From NCBI GenBank assembly GCA_051362555.1, contig CM120646.1:19778001-19842000 (forward strand): a stretch of 64,000 nucleotides of DNA, read 5' to 3'. This document shows, in pieces, positions 51,411 to 64,000 of the stretch. The number at the start of each line of letters is the position of its first letter. Position 1 is the stretch's first letter. Origin of the DNA: Lingula anatina (Eukaryota; Animalia; Brachiopoda). A program made the translations under genes and the position numbers. Below the pieces are notes generated by a model, which searched no databases, was not told the origin of the DNA, and saw only the letters and a list, made by a program, of their open reading frames with translations.

Positions 51411-51995
51411 CGTGATCCAAGTGCAGGGAAGGGTCAAGTTCCTATTTGCAAGTAAAAGAGAATTGCTCTTTACCCCAAGAATATTCATTTGGCGGGTAAA
51501 TCTCGTGGAGAGCATCTTTAATTTCAAATGCTACTAGTACCACATTTTCTTTTTAAACTACCTGATAGGAAACGGATAAACCCACTTATATACAATACAT
51601 GGTGCAAAAAGTGCGTCAAGGATTAGGAATTAACTCTGCAAAAACTTTCACACTGTTTCTATGGTTGGCAACAACTTTGCCAGTGACTGTCACAGTGTCA
51701 GCACCTTGACGTTGTACTACTGTCAGTGGGTGACAATAAATACACAAACTAATGAGAAAATGTTGACGTCGCTTTCAAAACGTTTCCCTTTTCACGAAAT
51801 ACCTTAAACCGATCGTGTAACTATTAAGTCGAAAGCCTTCGCATATTTATAAACTGTTGTATATTCTTTTTGTAAATATTTTCAGCCAACACATGATTTA
51901 AATTATTGAAAAAATTACATTGCCTATTTAATTTATACTCACGTACAGGATTCAACATGGCGTACACATATCCCAGAATGCCATATGATATTTAT

Positions 51996-52009
51996 GTTGT
52001 CATGATAAC
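51996..52009. promoter_or_regulatory. RFX X-box-like motif at the putative JHY promoter
   Basis: GTTGTCATGATAAC (consensus GTTGCCATGGCAAC), about 55 bp from a minus-strand GTGAGT donor near 51937-51942. Confidence 0.5.
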
Positions 52010-54135
52010 TGCCGTTAGATGGCGCTGACAATGACGTACCGGTTAGGACACTGATGCGTCATAGTTCTACCACCTGTAGGACTACTTGTTGGGCAAGAAA
52101 TCTTACAGCAAAAAATAGTTAAAGAAATAAAAAACAACATATAATTAAAAAAAGAGAGTAATTGGAATTTTTTTAGAAAACGCTTACTTTTCGTCATCGT
52201 TCACTGTTTAAGAAGAATATCAATAGGGAGTTGAACAGAGTCATGGTCTGCGTGGGGGTGAAGGGTGAGACAAGGTTGCCTCCCAGAGTTTTTTTATTTA
52301 ATTTTTTTTAAATTTTTTATATATGTTTTTTACTTTTTCATTCTTTTAACTTTAAAATTAGAACTTATCAGTACAATAGATTCAGAAAGAAATTATGGAT
52401 CAAAATGTATCTTAAAGGTAGCCTATCTTATCCGGAATTTATGTAGTCTACATTTTGTTAATTCTGGCTGCACATATGTAAGCGTAGCTTTTGGTATACC
52501 GGTATGGAGTGATTCAGATTAGGCATAATCTCTGCTGCTTTTTAAATTTAAATTGATTTGAGGTATAAAAATTGCATTACAAAAGTAAGGTCCTCTGTTC
52601 TTTTTCCTTTACAAGAGGGATAAAAATTGAACCAAAGTACATTTTAGTTCACTGCAAATTGAGCTGTTTATTGCCATATAAGAATTCAAATTATTTATAA
52701 AGAATATTACACAGCATACATATATAATATTTACAATTTTTCATAATGGAACAGACCACAGTTTGATTGACTCATTAAAAAAGATAACAAAGCCATGATA
52801 AAATATCACTACTATTAGATCGGTGCCATCCTGGAGATACATTTTTGCTTTATACCAGTATATAAAATTCACATATACAATTCTGTGTATTGGTTAAGAA
52901 GAAAAAAATAATAGAATCATTGAAATGCATTAAGTTTTTACTGGGATTATTATTTTTATTATTTTCAGGAATAACGGAGATCTCAATGTATACCCGATTT
53001 TATCTTTATAGAGATCAATACCTATGCGGCCTTGTCTTTCCGCGTTACTTTTACTGATGGAACTAAAACAGTTTCCTTATAAACTGCTCCTTGTTAGCAC
53101 CTAAAACGGAAGGGGAAATAGACACCGTCTTTATTAAGACAGCCTGACCATTTTAGGGCAGCACATTTTCATTTGTGTGTATATATATATATATATATGA
53201 CTCATGATGGCGCCCCGTCTCCTGGAAGACGACTAACACTGCACCACAATCACTGTCACAACTAACGCAATCTCAATATTTAACACTTAAACCTAATAAA
53301 TGCATCAACTAAAACAAGTCTGTACAAGATGATAACCGCCTTCACAGTCACTTCACTTCCTTAACAGAAATGCAGATAGTTCATAACTATAATATTCAAT
53401 ATAATACCAGTAGACTACTTACGTCATCAAATCATTACCAAACACTTCAATTTCGCCGCAGTTTAATTACAGTACAATCTTGTCTTTGACTTATATAATA
53501 TAAAGAGAGCAGGAATCCTTTTTTAAGTCGCTATCAACAAGAAAACAAAGAACAATGAAATATTTACAGTGCGGTGTCTCACTTTTCTACTGTTCTGGAA
53601 TGTTAACAAAAAACTCTTATTATTTACATCCTGGTTGTAAAACAACACGTGGTCCCGGAAAATACTCCGTGTGCTGGCAAGGTTTGAAGACAAACCACAC
53701 AGTGAACTGAGTGAAGTGTTACTGTTAGCACGTCTCTCTACGCGCCTTGCTAACTAACCGATATGATTTTTTTTCTGGGGGATGGGAAAATAAAAATTAA
53801 ATAGAGGCAATGCCTACACGTAGAAACATTTCACTGTTATGTATGCATAACCCTAAAAAAAGATTTAAAAAGTTGGCGTTTTGAGTTTCGATTAAAGTTC
53901 TAATGCCCTCTTCATATGTGAGTATTGAAAAAAATCAAAACATGAGGCAAATGTGGAAAACGGATAGTCTATTTTCAGTGAGATGATAACCATCGCACTC
54001 GCATTCATTTACGCTGTGATTGTCTTAAACAGAAACCATTTGATGTGAAACATGTTTAACTACAAAGGTAGGTAGGCCCTTGCTTCTAAACTTTGAATTA
54101 ACCACCTACTTCTTAGGTTTCTCGAGCTTAAAGAG

Positions 54136-56986
54136 TTATAAACATGTCCACGTCATGTCAGCCTTTTGTGAACAGTTGTCTTGGGCTGCGCGTGAGTACC
54201 CACACTGCTGAAGAGACACCGGAGTTGCACGAGGCAGAGCAAGCACTGTCTGATTCTGGAAGGTCGATGAAAAGACGTCCAAATTAGGCTGGGTCATATA
54301 GTTACGAGAAGCTTGTACATCGCAGTCTCCATACGTTCGTTGGTCCTGCACACAATTCGGCGAGACGTAACCGTTGGTAGTTTGGCGGTGGTTTTTACCA
54401 CAGTGAGACTGAGCAAAGTTTCCCTGAGAAGACGCAGTTGATAAATGCAGATTGTCCATTGCATTAGAGAAGACGCATTGCGGTTGCGGAGATTGGGTTA
54501 TATCTCCCAATAACTGCGTGTTGTTCGGGGAAGGGACTATTCCTGCCAGGGGACTTCTCCGCATGTTTTGAGTGTGGACTTCCATCGACCCGTAGAATCT
54601 GTGCGGTGAAGCGTGAGGGCTGTTTGCTGCGTTCGGGAAAACAGAATGCGGTGGCGGGGACAACATATTTGTGGAAGACACTTGTGGAGACGTCTGCGCG
54701 TTGCGGTGCGGAGATCTTTGGAACCTGCAGCTTGTCGCAACATCCTCGACTTTTATGTCAAGAGGCTGCTCGGGTATTTGGCACGTGAGTGGATGCCTCG
54801 CGCGATTAAGAGTCTCGGGGTCGACGGCAAACCGAGATGAGCTTTGAGCATATGCAGTTTTGAGATCTGGCAAAGCCTGAAGAGACGCTGACGCCGAAGA
54901 GCGAGGAGACGCCATTTGTCGACACTGTTCTTGAACTGCCTCATAATAACTCGGAGGGTCCCGTTCCGGAGCGCGGGCAGGCGACGCGGTCAAGGAAGAC
55001 GTCTGATTGGTCAGAGATTGTGGAGTTCCGGTTTTTGATTGGTCAGCGACTGGATTTCCTTCGTTCCCAAGGCAGCATGAATAAATGAATGAGATTGCTT
55101 CCGGATCTGCTTTCACTTTTGGTTTGAGGATAGTTTCAAAATTGAACTTGTAGGTATATCTTTTGCCGTGCACCTTGTTCATGATCAGCTTGTCGTAGTA
55201 GTACCTGGAATATGAAGGTCAATGCAATGTTAGTAAGACTTCACAAAGTGCACTTGTGACCAAATATCAACTTTAGTGTGGGAGACGCAGGTTTGTAGGA
55301 TGTAAATGTCCTTTAGATTCTTTAGCAAATTAAAATTTTCAGATGTTTCATTCGTTATTTTGAATTGGAAATGCGTATTGTCATCCAATTGTTTTCACGT
55401 AATACACGGCCAGTAGCCAGCTTTTCTGCTTATAGAAGAGCACAGAGTGGCTTTACACTGAGAATTATTCTTTGGCCTAATCAAAATTATACTGGGTATC
55501 GATCTACTGCCAACCTTCTCTAGAATTTTACCTGAGTGCTCGACTAAGCTTGTCATAGTTCATGTTGGGTTTCTTCTTCCTTAACCCCCACCGCCTTGCC
55601 ACCTCGTCCGGGTCGACCATTTTGAACTCTCCCTCGGAGCTGGTCCAAGCAATAAAGTGACGGTTCGAAGGATCTCCTAGCATCTCCAGTAAAAACTGCC
55701 ATAGCTGTATTTGACCCGTCGTTTCTCCCTTTCTTCCACTGGCCTGAATGTCTGGAGGTGACGTCACAGCTTTGGATTCGCACGGAATCTTTTCATCTGA
55801 AATTATAATAATTACCACAGTGCTTATTTTCCTTGACACCTCCATTTTTATACATTTGTAGGGTATGGTTTAAGAATGAAATAAGAAGGAGATACGTAAT
55901 TGACTGTGAAAATAAACAAGCATACGTTTATGCAGAATATGAAAACTGCGATACTTTTAGTAATATTGAAGGAAGATGAGGACACATGGTTAAACATTTA
56001 TAAGCTGCGTTATTATTAACGGAAAACAAATGCAACGTTTGCAAGTTGTGTGACGGAGATGTTTCATTGAGCCCATTCATTCTGTTACGACCTCTTCGAA
56101 TTTATAAATGTTAATGTTGGAGATTTAAATACAGCAAATTACTAATGATACGTAATTTAATTGATAAATGAATATTCATTAAAATAATTAGTTAGAATCA
56201 AAACTTGAGTCTACCTCGGTCTTTATTTTACGGAAATATCGCCACACTATTTCTATTTACCAAAAACAAACAGAATTTAAAAATAAAATAAGTGAATATA
56301 TTTTTGATAGTTTTAAAAAACTGAAACGGACTAGACGGCGTTCTCTCACCTTTACTTTCCTCCTGTAGTTTCTCTTGGATGATTTGATCAATGTCGTCGA
56401 TGTCGCTCAAGTCAGCCAGTGCGCAGTCTGTGGAGGGTCCCTGGGACAGGGGGCTGCCGACAGAAGATTCACCTGATAGATCGCATGAAGCCTGCGTTTC
56501 AAATATTCCTTCACGTGACGGACTGAAAATATAAGCATAAATGTATAATCTCGTATGTAAGCATTAGTGTATTTTCTTTAATGTTGAAAAAAGTTTAGGG
56601 TATGGAAACAAAAATATATATGGATACACAAAGAAATCAAAAATCAAGAAATGAAATATTAAATCTTTAAAAACACATTAAAGGAAGTATGCAAAAGAGA
56701 AAAAGAAAGAAAAGAAACGCAACTGAAAGTTTTAAATAAAGTTTTAAATAACTAACTTGATAGCCTGAAGTACTTTTTTACGGACGGGCGAAAATTATCA
56801 AATTATTTTTAAAAAAATAGATAACCTGCCAGCACCTTACCAGGTCTCTTCGCGGCGAGATGTGTCCGTGAGCTGGAGAAGAGTGTCAATGAAAAGATCG
56901 TGCTCGTCTGCTTGGGTCTCCATTGGAACTGCGCATGCGCTTGGCGAGAAGCCTCCTTTTATGAAGTACAGGTCGTAATCATACAT
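54136..56986 (-). CDS. ETS-domain transcription factor, ERG/FLI1/FEV-like, no PNT domain seen
   Basis: Exons 56986-56841, 56522-56350, 55796-55532 ([39 protein letters not shown]), 55204-54136 ([22 protein letters not shown] + S/P/Q-rich tail). Phases are consistent; an in-frame stop lies upstream of ATG 56986. Confidence 0.92.
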
Positions 56987-59900
56987 ATTTTGTCACCAGC
57001 GTTTTCTTTCAAAATATCTAAAATGAAATGGAGATAGTGTGTTAACACAGCGTTTGTAATTTAAACTGACATCTCAACAGACAGTTTCTGAGCGATATAT
57101 CAAAAGCAACCTTTGTAATAAATAGGCCTATAAAATATTTTATATTTAATATAAATGTTAAATGCAAAATCAAAAATAATTACATCAGTTACGAAAGACT
57201 AGTGGAACCTCTGTCAATATTTCCCGTATTTTACTTCATAGTCCATGCAATAAACAAACTAGAAATCACCCAAACTAAAGTGAAATTACTATTTTATTCA
57301 ACGTTCAAACATTAATACAAAAACTTGAGGCACTCAATCCCACCTCAGATAGCACCTTATAAACTAGCCCTAGCACATTCCTGGGCTTTGCCGCAGTCAC
57401 CTGCGTCTCAAGCATACTGGCATCTTAAATGAATTCGTCATCACGCCCATAAACACCATACTATTTAAAGGTTCGGCAAATTGGGATTATTTTCGGTCCT
57501 TTACCAGTAGCGCAAATACACTTTTTGAGCCTCGATGTGTGTGGCATAACTAACATGGAATGGAAAATCTCTGGTTTTACCAGACAAAACCATTTTTGTC
57601 CTCGACACAAAAGCTCTTCATTTGAGGAGATAAAGTGTCCTAGTCAGGCGGAACTTTGAGGTGCGACCTACAGCAGCCTTAAAAACGTATACTGAGGTAA
57701 TGCTTAATCAATAATAATAATAACTATACTAGGATAGCATTGAGAGCAAGTCAGTCAAATATTACGCCGTTTCTAAAACCTAAATATTTCAGTGATTAGG
57801 CTAACACATTCGAACGTAAGCAGATATGTGTCACGAGAATGATTTTTGTAAATTCAATTAATGAAAATCTAAACGCGGGTGGTCCTGATACTTGTATATG
57901 AAGCTGCACAGAAATATCGGTAAAGGAAATCAGTCAGTTGACTTATCCTTAAATGTCAGGAGAGTAATCTGCCGCCACTGACTTCATCGCAGATGTTGTA
58001 AATCCTTCTTATTATTACAATTAGGCAGCAAAAATAAAACCGCCTTTGATTTTGCACCATTGCAGGTCTAGCCGGAAGTGGCGGTGTTTCGTCAAAGGCC
58101 AATTTCACGTTTTCACTTTTATGTTACGCGTTTTTTATTTTTGCCGGTTGCTTTTTAAAGAGAAAAGAAATAAAAGAAAAAGGTAAAACGTTATCTACCG
58201 CAATCTTGGTAATCCATCTCAATTTATGAAGCTAGCATAATGTGATTATTACAGGACGTATCTGCCGAAATAATAAAAATGGCTAGTGGCACTTTTGAGG
58301 TTTGCTCCCTAATCATTGGCTTTTAAACGTTTTTCGGTCCTTTTGAAAAAACTATTACTGAAAACCCTGCTTTAGAGAAAAAAGATATTTTGTTTCACAC
58401 TGGCTCAGTTACATGCCGCGCTTTGATCATGGTAGCTGAGGAAAAAACTGTAATTGCCAGATGTAAGTTGACGCTCTTCTTCTAAATAGGCACTATCAAT
58501 TTTTTTAAGAATCAAAAAAACGAAACCTGTGAAATTATATACCTGAGACTTAGATGTGTATTTTTTTCCCTCTGTTGTAGTAGTCCGATTGGAGTATTGA
58601 AATAAACAAAAAATGTCCATTTCCGAAATCAATCATAATTTCCTTTTCTCAAGTCTCTACATTATCACGATAATATCAAATCTATAATTCAATTGTAAAT
58701 TTCCTTCAATTTATAGAAATAACATTTGGGTGACACAGGGGCCCTTCAAGGCAAAATATTTTTTATGCAAGGCTGTATAATTTCCACCTCGCTTAAATGA
58801 TATGAATATTGTGCCAATACGCAAGTCCTGTATTGATTTCAAACTTGACTGCTCAGTTGACAGCTTGACAGCAGAGAGATGTTTATTTGTGTACCCTACC
58901 GGTGTAAGTATGAATACCACGTGAGTCAGAGTTTAGACAGGGTCTTGTTCTCCATTGTCGGACACGGAATTCTTTGACCGCAGATTGTTCAAAGAGACAC
59001 GGGCGCTGACTCCGTCCTGCATGGTGCAGCCGGTGCGTCTCAGCGGACGCTTGAGATAAGACGTAGCTTTCAGACGCCGTACGCTAGTTGCTCGTAGCAT
59101 CTTTTTCGGACATGGCTTACCCACTCTTTAGTCCCAGCCCCCACCCCCCTCCCCCATGGCTTAGGTTTAACCTTGACATTAACAGCGCGTCACACCTGAC
59201 ATCGAGATGTGATGATCTTGTCTTGTAACTTGCACGTAACTTAATTTCTCCAGACAGATTTGTTATTAATATTGAAGTCTCCGTCGGACAGCGTTTTTGT
59301 CGCGTAACAGCCTCAAACTCTGCTGTATATGTTTTCACAAAATGGAATATTTCGGGGAAGAGAGTATACACATACATATGTATACACATACTACACATAC
59401 ATTATTTTTTCAACACAACTCTGTTTTTGAAAATGCTGTAAGACGAGAAGCATATAAAAAGTAAATATTTGGCACTAATGACCACACCAATACACGCATA
59501 ACTACAACCTCCGACTTAAAAAATTTACAACGGTGTAGACACAAAAAAATACATTGATGACCACATTTTTTGGTAAGACCATATTACATAATCATCAATA
59601 CCTATCGATAAAATCGCCAAATTGACATGAAATTATAATCACCAATAACAGACCCATGACAGCACTTCACATTACGTCACAGACCTACCTAACTGGAGAA
59701 TTCTCCTGTCTGTGTTGTTCAAGACGTTTGGCGTAATAGTGTAGCACTGCCGATCACGCTTGCTATATATATTAACTCGGTCAATTTGAACATCACGTAA
59801 AATAGAGGGGAACCACAGGTATAAATATTTGCCAACAGTTTATCGATTGACTTTGTCCAGGAATAATATCGAATAGTTTAACCGCCCACCGGCTGATTGT

Positions 59901-61263
59901 GACCTGAATAGCGATCAAATTAGTTTACAAATAAACAGATATTTGAATGGGGGACAGATAGCGTACGCTATAGTAAGGGATTACGAGAGGGACCTTTTAG
60001 GCGTTCCGATAACTGCACGAAGGCGTTGGATAAGTGCTTTCTATAGGAAGCCGAATTATTAAGTATACATTGACATGATTATCAAATTACAAGAAAGATT
60101 CCTTTATCTTCAGAAGAGTGTTTGATTCACAAGGATGACTTATATTCCTGTTTCGCACTCACTAACTTTATTTGATTTTCATCAAAACCAAACACGCCAA
60201 TGGGCTTCTGTGTGTTTTTCTTTGCCATCTACGGACTCATCCCAAAGTCGATTTACTCATTAGAAATTCTACACATACGCGCAAGTGCTTTGTAAACATT
60301 TTCAATGATCAGAAATAATTTGGGGGTCGATATTATATCTCATTTGAACAGTTATTTGTTTAATTTGAATTATCTGCACTTCATTTTGCGATGTTCCCGT
60401 CTTGAAGCGGGTTCAGTGCATGTATTACAAACTACCGACTACATAATGTAATCTTTATAGGCATGTTTTATAGACCCGTTTTACGTCACAGTTGTTTTTT
60501 TACAAATAAAATTTTACGCAGCGTTTAGCTAAAATCATAAAGACAAGATTCGATACATGAGACCAAATAAGAAACATTTTCTTGACAATTCTTTTTTTTT
60601 TTCTTTTCAATAACAAAGGATAAAAGTGAAAGCTTAAAACTGACGCTTTTTATTTGTCAAAATTGTAAGACTGGACTTGAAAACGACAGGAGGCGAAGGA
60701 GTGTCAGTTACGCTCTATACATGCAAAAAAAGTTAAACCTTGTATATAAAACAGATCGCTGGAAGAGGGGGGGCATTAATCTTCGGTGTTCTTTGATAAA
60801 TGGTTGAAAAACAGGATGGAAACGGGAAAACTAAAATATCTCATCTGAGCAAAGACTCCATATTTCTTTCCACATGTTGTATAAGTGAACTAGCGCCAGT
60901 AAGCATGAACACAAAGGACTAAAAAAATTATTTCAGTGAAAAGTCGCATGGGGTGCCCCTTGTTTACACAAATACAGTTCTTACATGAAATTCAAGGCTG
61001 AAATCAGGGTCAAAAATTAATGATACAAAAATCTTCGTGGAGGAGCTACACCTTTATTTTTTCATACTGACCCAAAATTCAGGCCCAAAAACAAGGATTA
61101 TAAATGAAATAATTACGCGGGCATAATCTCTGCACCGAATGCCCACGTCCCGCCGCACTTAACCTAGGACATGGGCCACTCAGTGTAGATATTATTATCC
61201 ACCTTGCGGCCTACTGGAACAAACACAACGAAACGTAGGCCGCATTCACATCCATTTAGTTGA

Positions 61264-61402
61264 TCCGCGGACTAGCAGATCCGTGTACGGCAGACCCACT
61301 TGAAAGTAATCCCGCGGGGTATCCATTCAGTGTCTATCAGGGAATTACGCGGCAAGCTTTCAAGTGGGTCGGTCATATTTGTTAGCTCTATTAGTCCGCG
61401 GA
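61264..61402. mobile_element. hairpin / MITE-like inverted-repeat element
   Basis: TCCGCGGACTA...TAGTCCGCGGA ends plus internal GACCCACTTGAAAG / CTTTCAAGTGGGTC. Confidence 0.6.
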
Positions 61403-61464
61403 CCAATTGGTTGTAAATGCACCCATAGCCTACAAGTCCCTTGTATGTTTCCTAACCTGTTGTG

Positions 61465-61513
<49 letters not shown>

Positions 61514-61907
61514 GGAGTTTCAGAGATGCTTGAAAAATCGCCACTTCGGTCAGCCTGCCTGCGCCGTTCCCAGTAACCTACAGAGGCAAACTGATAGCAG
61601 AAGTCAGTTTGCAGTAAACTTTAGAACTCTGGATGGGAAAAGGTGGGAATTAAAAAAGAAATTCTTCGCCAATGACGAATAGAAATAAAAAAGACACACC
61701 AGCCTGCTCAAGAGACTAAGAGACTACACAACGCGTACATAGTGAGTGGCACTGGCCGCCTGATTGGCTACTTGGTCAATAGTCAATAGGCCTCTTGTAT
61801 TTTCAACAAGGCATGTATTATCATACCCATTATCATGTTGGTAATCCTAATCAACTGAGCTATTGTTTCTTTTCTTTTTTTCGTAAATAAAAACGGCCGG
61901 TCACTGC

Positions 61908-61926
61908 AAAAAAAAAATAATAATAA

Positions 61927-61976
<50 letters not shown>

Positions 61977-62037
61977 AATAATAAAATAAAATAAAATAAA
62001 ATAAAATAAAATAAAATAAAATAAAATAAAATAAAAA
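61908..62037. repeat. compound (AAT)/(AAAT)/(AAAAT)n microsatellite
   Basis: Direct. Confidence 0.92.
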
Positions 62038-62779
62038 CTTATTAAGGGACTGAGTTTAACTGAACTTCTTACACCGCAGCAAAATAAACTTATTTCTTTT
62101 TTGTTTTAAGTTAATATGAACTTGAGCATTATTAACCTGTAGTTAGATGGGTCCTAAAGTGCACCATTGTGGTTCGCATCGTGGGTTACATACAATCGGG
62201 GTATTTTTTCATTACACTGAGAGCAATAGTGTAATGGTATTAAAATGGTATCAGACAGTGAGAGGGAGAAGAAGGGGGCGGGAGCGGGTTAAAAAAAGGT
62301 AAGACCAATGTCAACATCATTTCAAGAGCAGTGTACTTGGCTTATTTTCAGGACGTTTCCCCTTGATTCTATTGTGTGTATTTACATAGCTATAACAAAA
62401 AATAATAAACAATAATAACGGCAAGTTCCCAGGGTAGCAGCCATTGTTCGCGATCAGCCTTCAAATACAGGTATGACACATACTACTATTATAGTAATCA
62501 AGGCTTATTTTCCGTGTTTTAAATGTGTTACTTATGCACAGTCGTCCGATTTCTTATCTGACAGTGAGTCACCCTACCTTACACCGATACACAAGAGTAG
62601 TCTTATGTCTCAGGTTTTTCCTTGGGTTGCAGATCTATTACACAAAATCTAAATGGTTTAAGGTGCTCAGATCGAAACGTAGAGGCGAACAAATGATGAC
62701 ACTAATTTGCTGTATTTGTTACCAGTTTTGTGTTTTGTACGATATATAACAAATTTAGTGTCGTTCTTTCTTTCTTCCC

Positions 62780-62923
62780 TCATTCTCTCTCTTATACTTT
62801 CTCATACTCTCTCATTCTCTCTCTCTCACACACACACACGCACACACACACACACACTTTCTCTCTCCTGTCTCTCTCTCGCTCCCTCCTCTCTCGCTCC
62901 CTCCTCTCTCTCTCTCGTTCTCT

Positions 62924-62982
<59 letters not shown>

Positions 62983-63013
62983 TCTTCACTTTCTTCTCTC
63001 TCTCTCTCTCTCT
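62780..63013. repeat. compound (CT)n/(CA)n microsatellite
   Basis: Direct. Confidence 0.92.
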
Positions 63014-64000
63014 TGGTGACTCACTCCAAAACAGACAGACAGAGGGCCACCGTGAAAACCACAAAGGGTCAAGCGGATACAGAGCATTAAATGTAAACCA
63101 TGACTCAGAACATAGTTTAAATATTCGTTAATATACATATTCCCCCTTTATCACCATCTATCAGGGACCAACACGTGGATTATCAACTGCAGTCAGGCGC
63201 ACTATATCAAATATCTATTTGTAATGTGGCTTGTATAAGTCATTATACTTCTAAAATAGAGTAGATATCTATGCGTAATCGGTAAAACCCAAAGAAGGGG
63301 ATCTCCCTGGGTTCTAAGCCATATCTTGAATTAGGAAGCGTTTCAAGTTAGTTTTAATTTAATGAAACGACAGAATTATCGTCAAAAGATAATGCATACA
63401 TTTAACACTCGTTTAACGTGATAGGAGGTTCTCTTATCTGAAATATCAAAACATTTTGAACACCTGTGCAGGTGTAAGACAAACAAAAATCCCTCAGAGT
63501 GATAATCATTTTTTTAAAACTGCTTGCTATCTAATTTGATGACTGCCGTTTTCTTTCTCCAGAATGAGAGCTAGTACCTAAAAAATGTAGGCCCTGCTGA
63601 GCGCGAATTGGGACGTGTATATCTAATATAGGCGCACAACGTGAATAATTTACAGCAATAAATACATCGTCTGCATAACGAACAGCACACTTATCCGGTT
63701 AACTGTGTCGCGGGTAAATGAATGAAAACATATAGGGTTCAAGAATGCAGGAAGTGCAACAATAAATCGTCTACAAAAGGTCAGAGGTCGGCAGGGCACA
63801 CGTGCATTTTAACCCAACCAATACGAGACATTGAAAATATTTAGCAAGTAATTTAACTGGCACAATAAATAAAATGTCAAAATACCGGTGTAAGTTATAA
63901 TGGTATAGAACCAAAACAAAATGCTTTTGAAAATGCTCTTCGTTTCCACAATCACTGATTTATTGTTGCCGTTGTTATATTAGGAATCCCTATTGCCTGT

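Noticed and set aside
62707-63131. ORFs rich in HT/LS/ER repeats
   Set aside because: Translations of CA/CT microsatellites.
1-64000. CRISPR arrays, operons, rRNA/tRNA genes
   Set aside because: The sequence is spliced eukaryotic DNA. The tandem repeats lack unique spacers and I recognised no structural RNA gene by eye; tRNAscan and Infernal were not run.

Overview
AT-rich, intron-rich animal genomic DNA, probably an invertebrate (a mollusc or other lophotrochozoan is my inference). Six spliced protein-coding genes can be reconstructed by hand. NDUFS2 (complex I 49-kDa subunit, minus strand, runs off the left edge) lies head-to-head with RBM42 (plus). SC5D (minus) lies head-to-head with peroxisomal Lon protease LONP2 (plus, ends in SKL). 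A large JHY-like gene (minus) and an ERG/FLI/FEV-type ETS factor (minus) follow. Several non-autonomous TIR elements, a Tc1 remnant and microsatellites are interspersed. The standout is NDUFS2, which carries two tandem, same-length, same-phase versions of the exon encoding the N2-cluster-proximal RMHxxY loop. They are separated by an intron whose ends are extensively complementary, which suggests a structured mutually exclusive exon switch in the catalytic core of complex I. Other points of interest are a triplicated 3' splice site in RBM42, a U12-type intron in LONP2, duplicated alternative last exons in JHY, and SRE/CRE/ETS and X-box promoter motifs. Exon boundaries were read manually and need RNA-seq confirmation.
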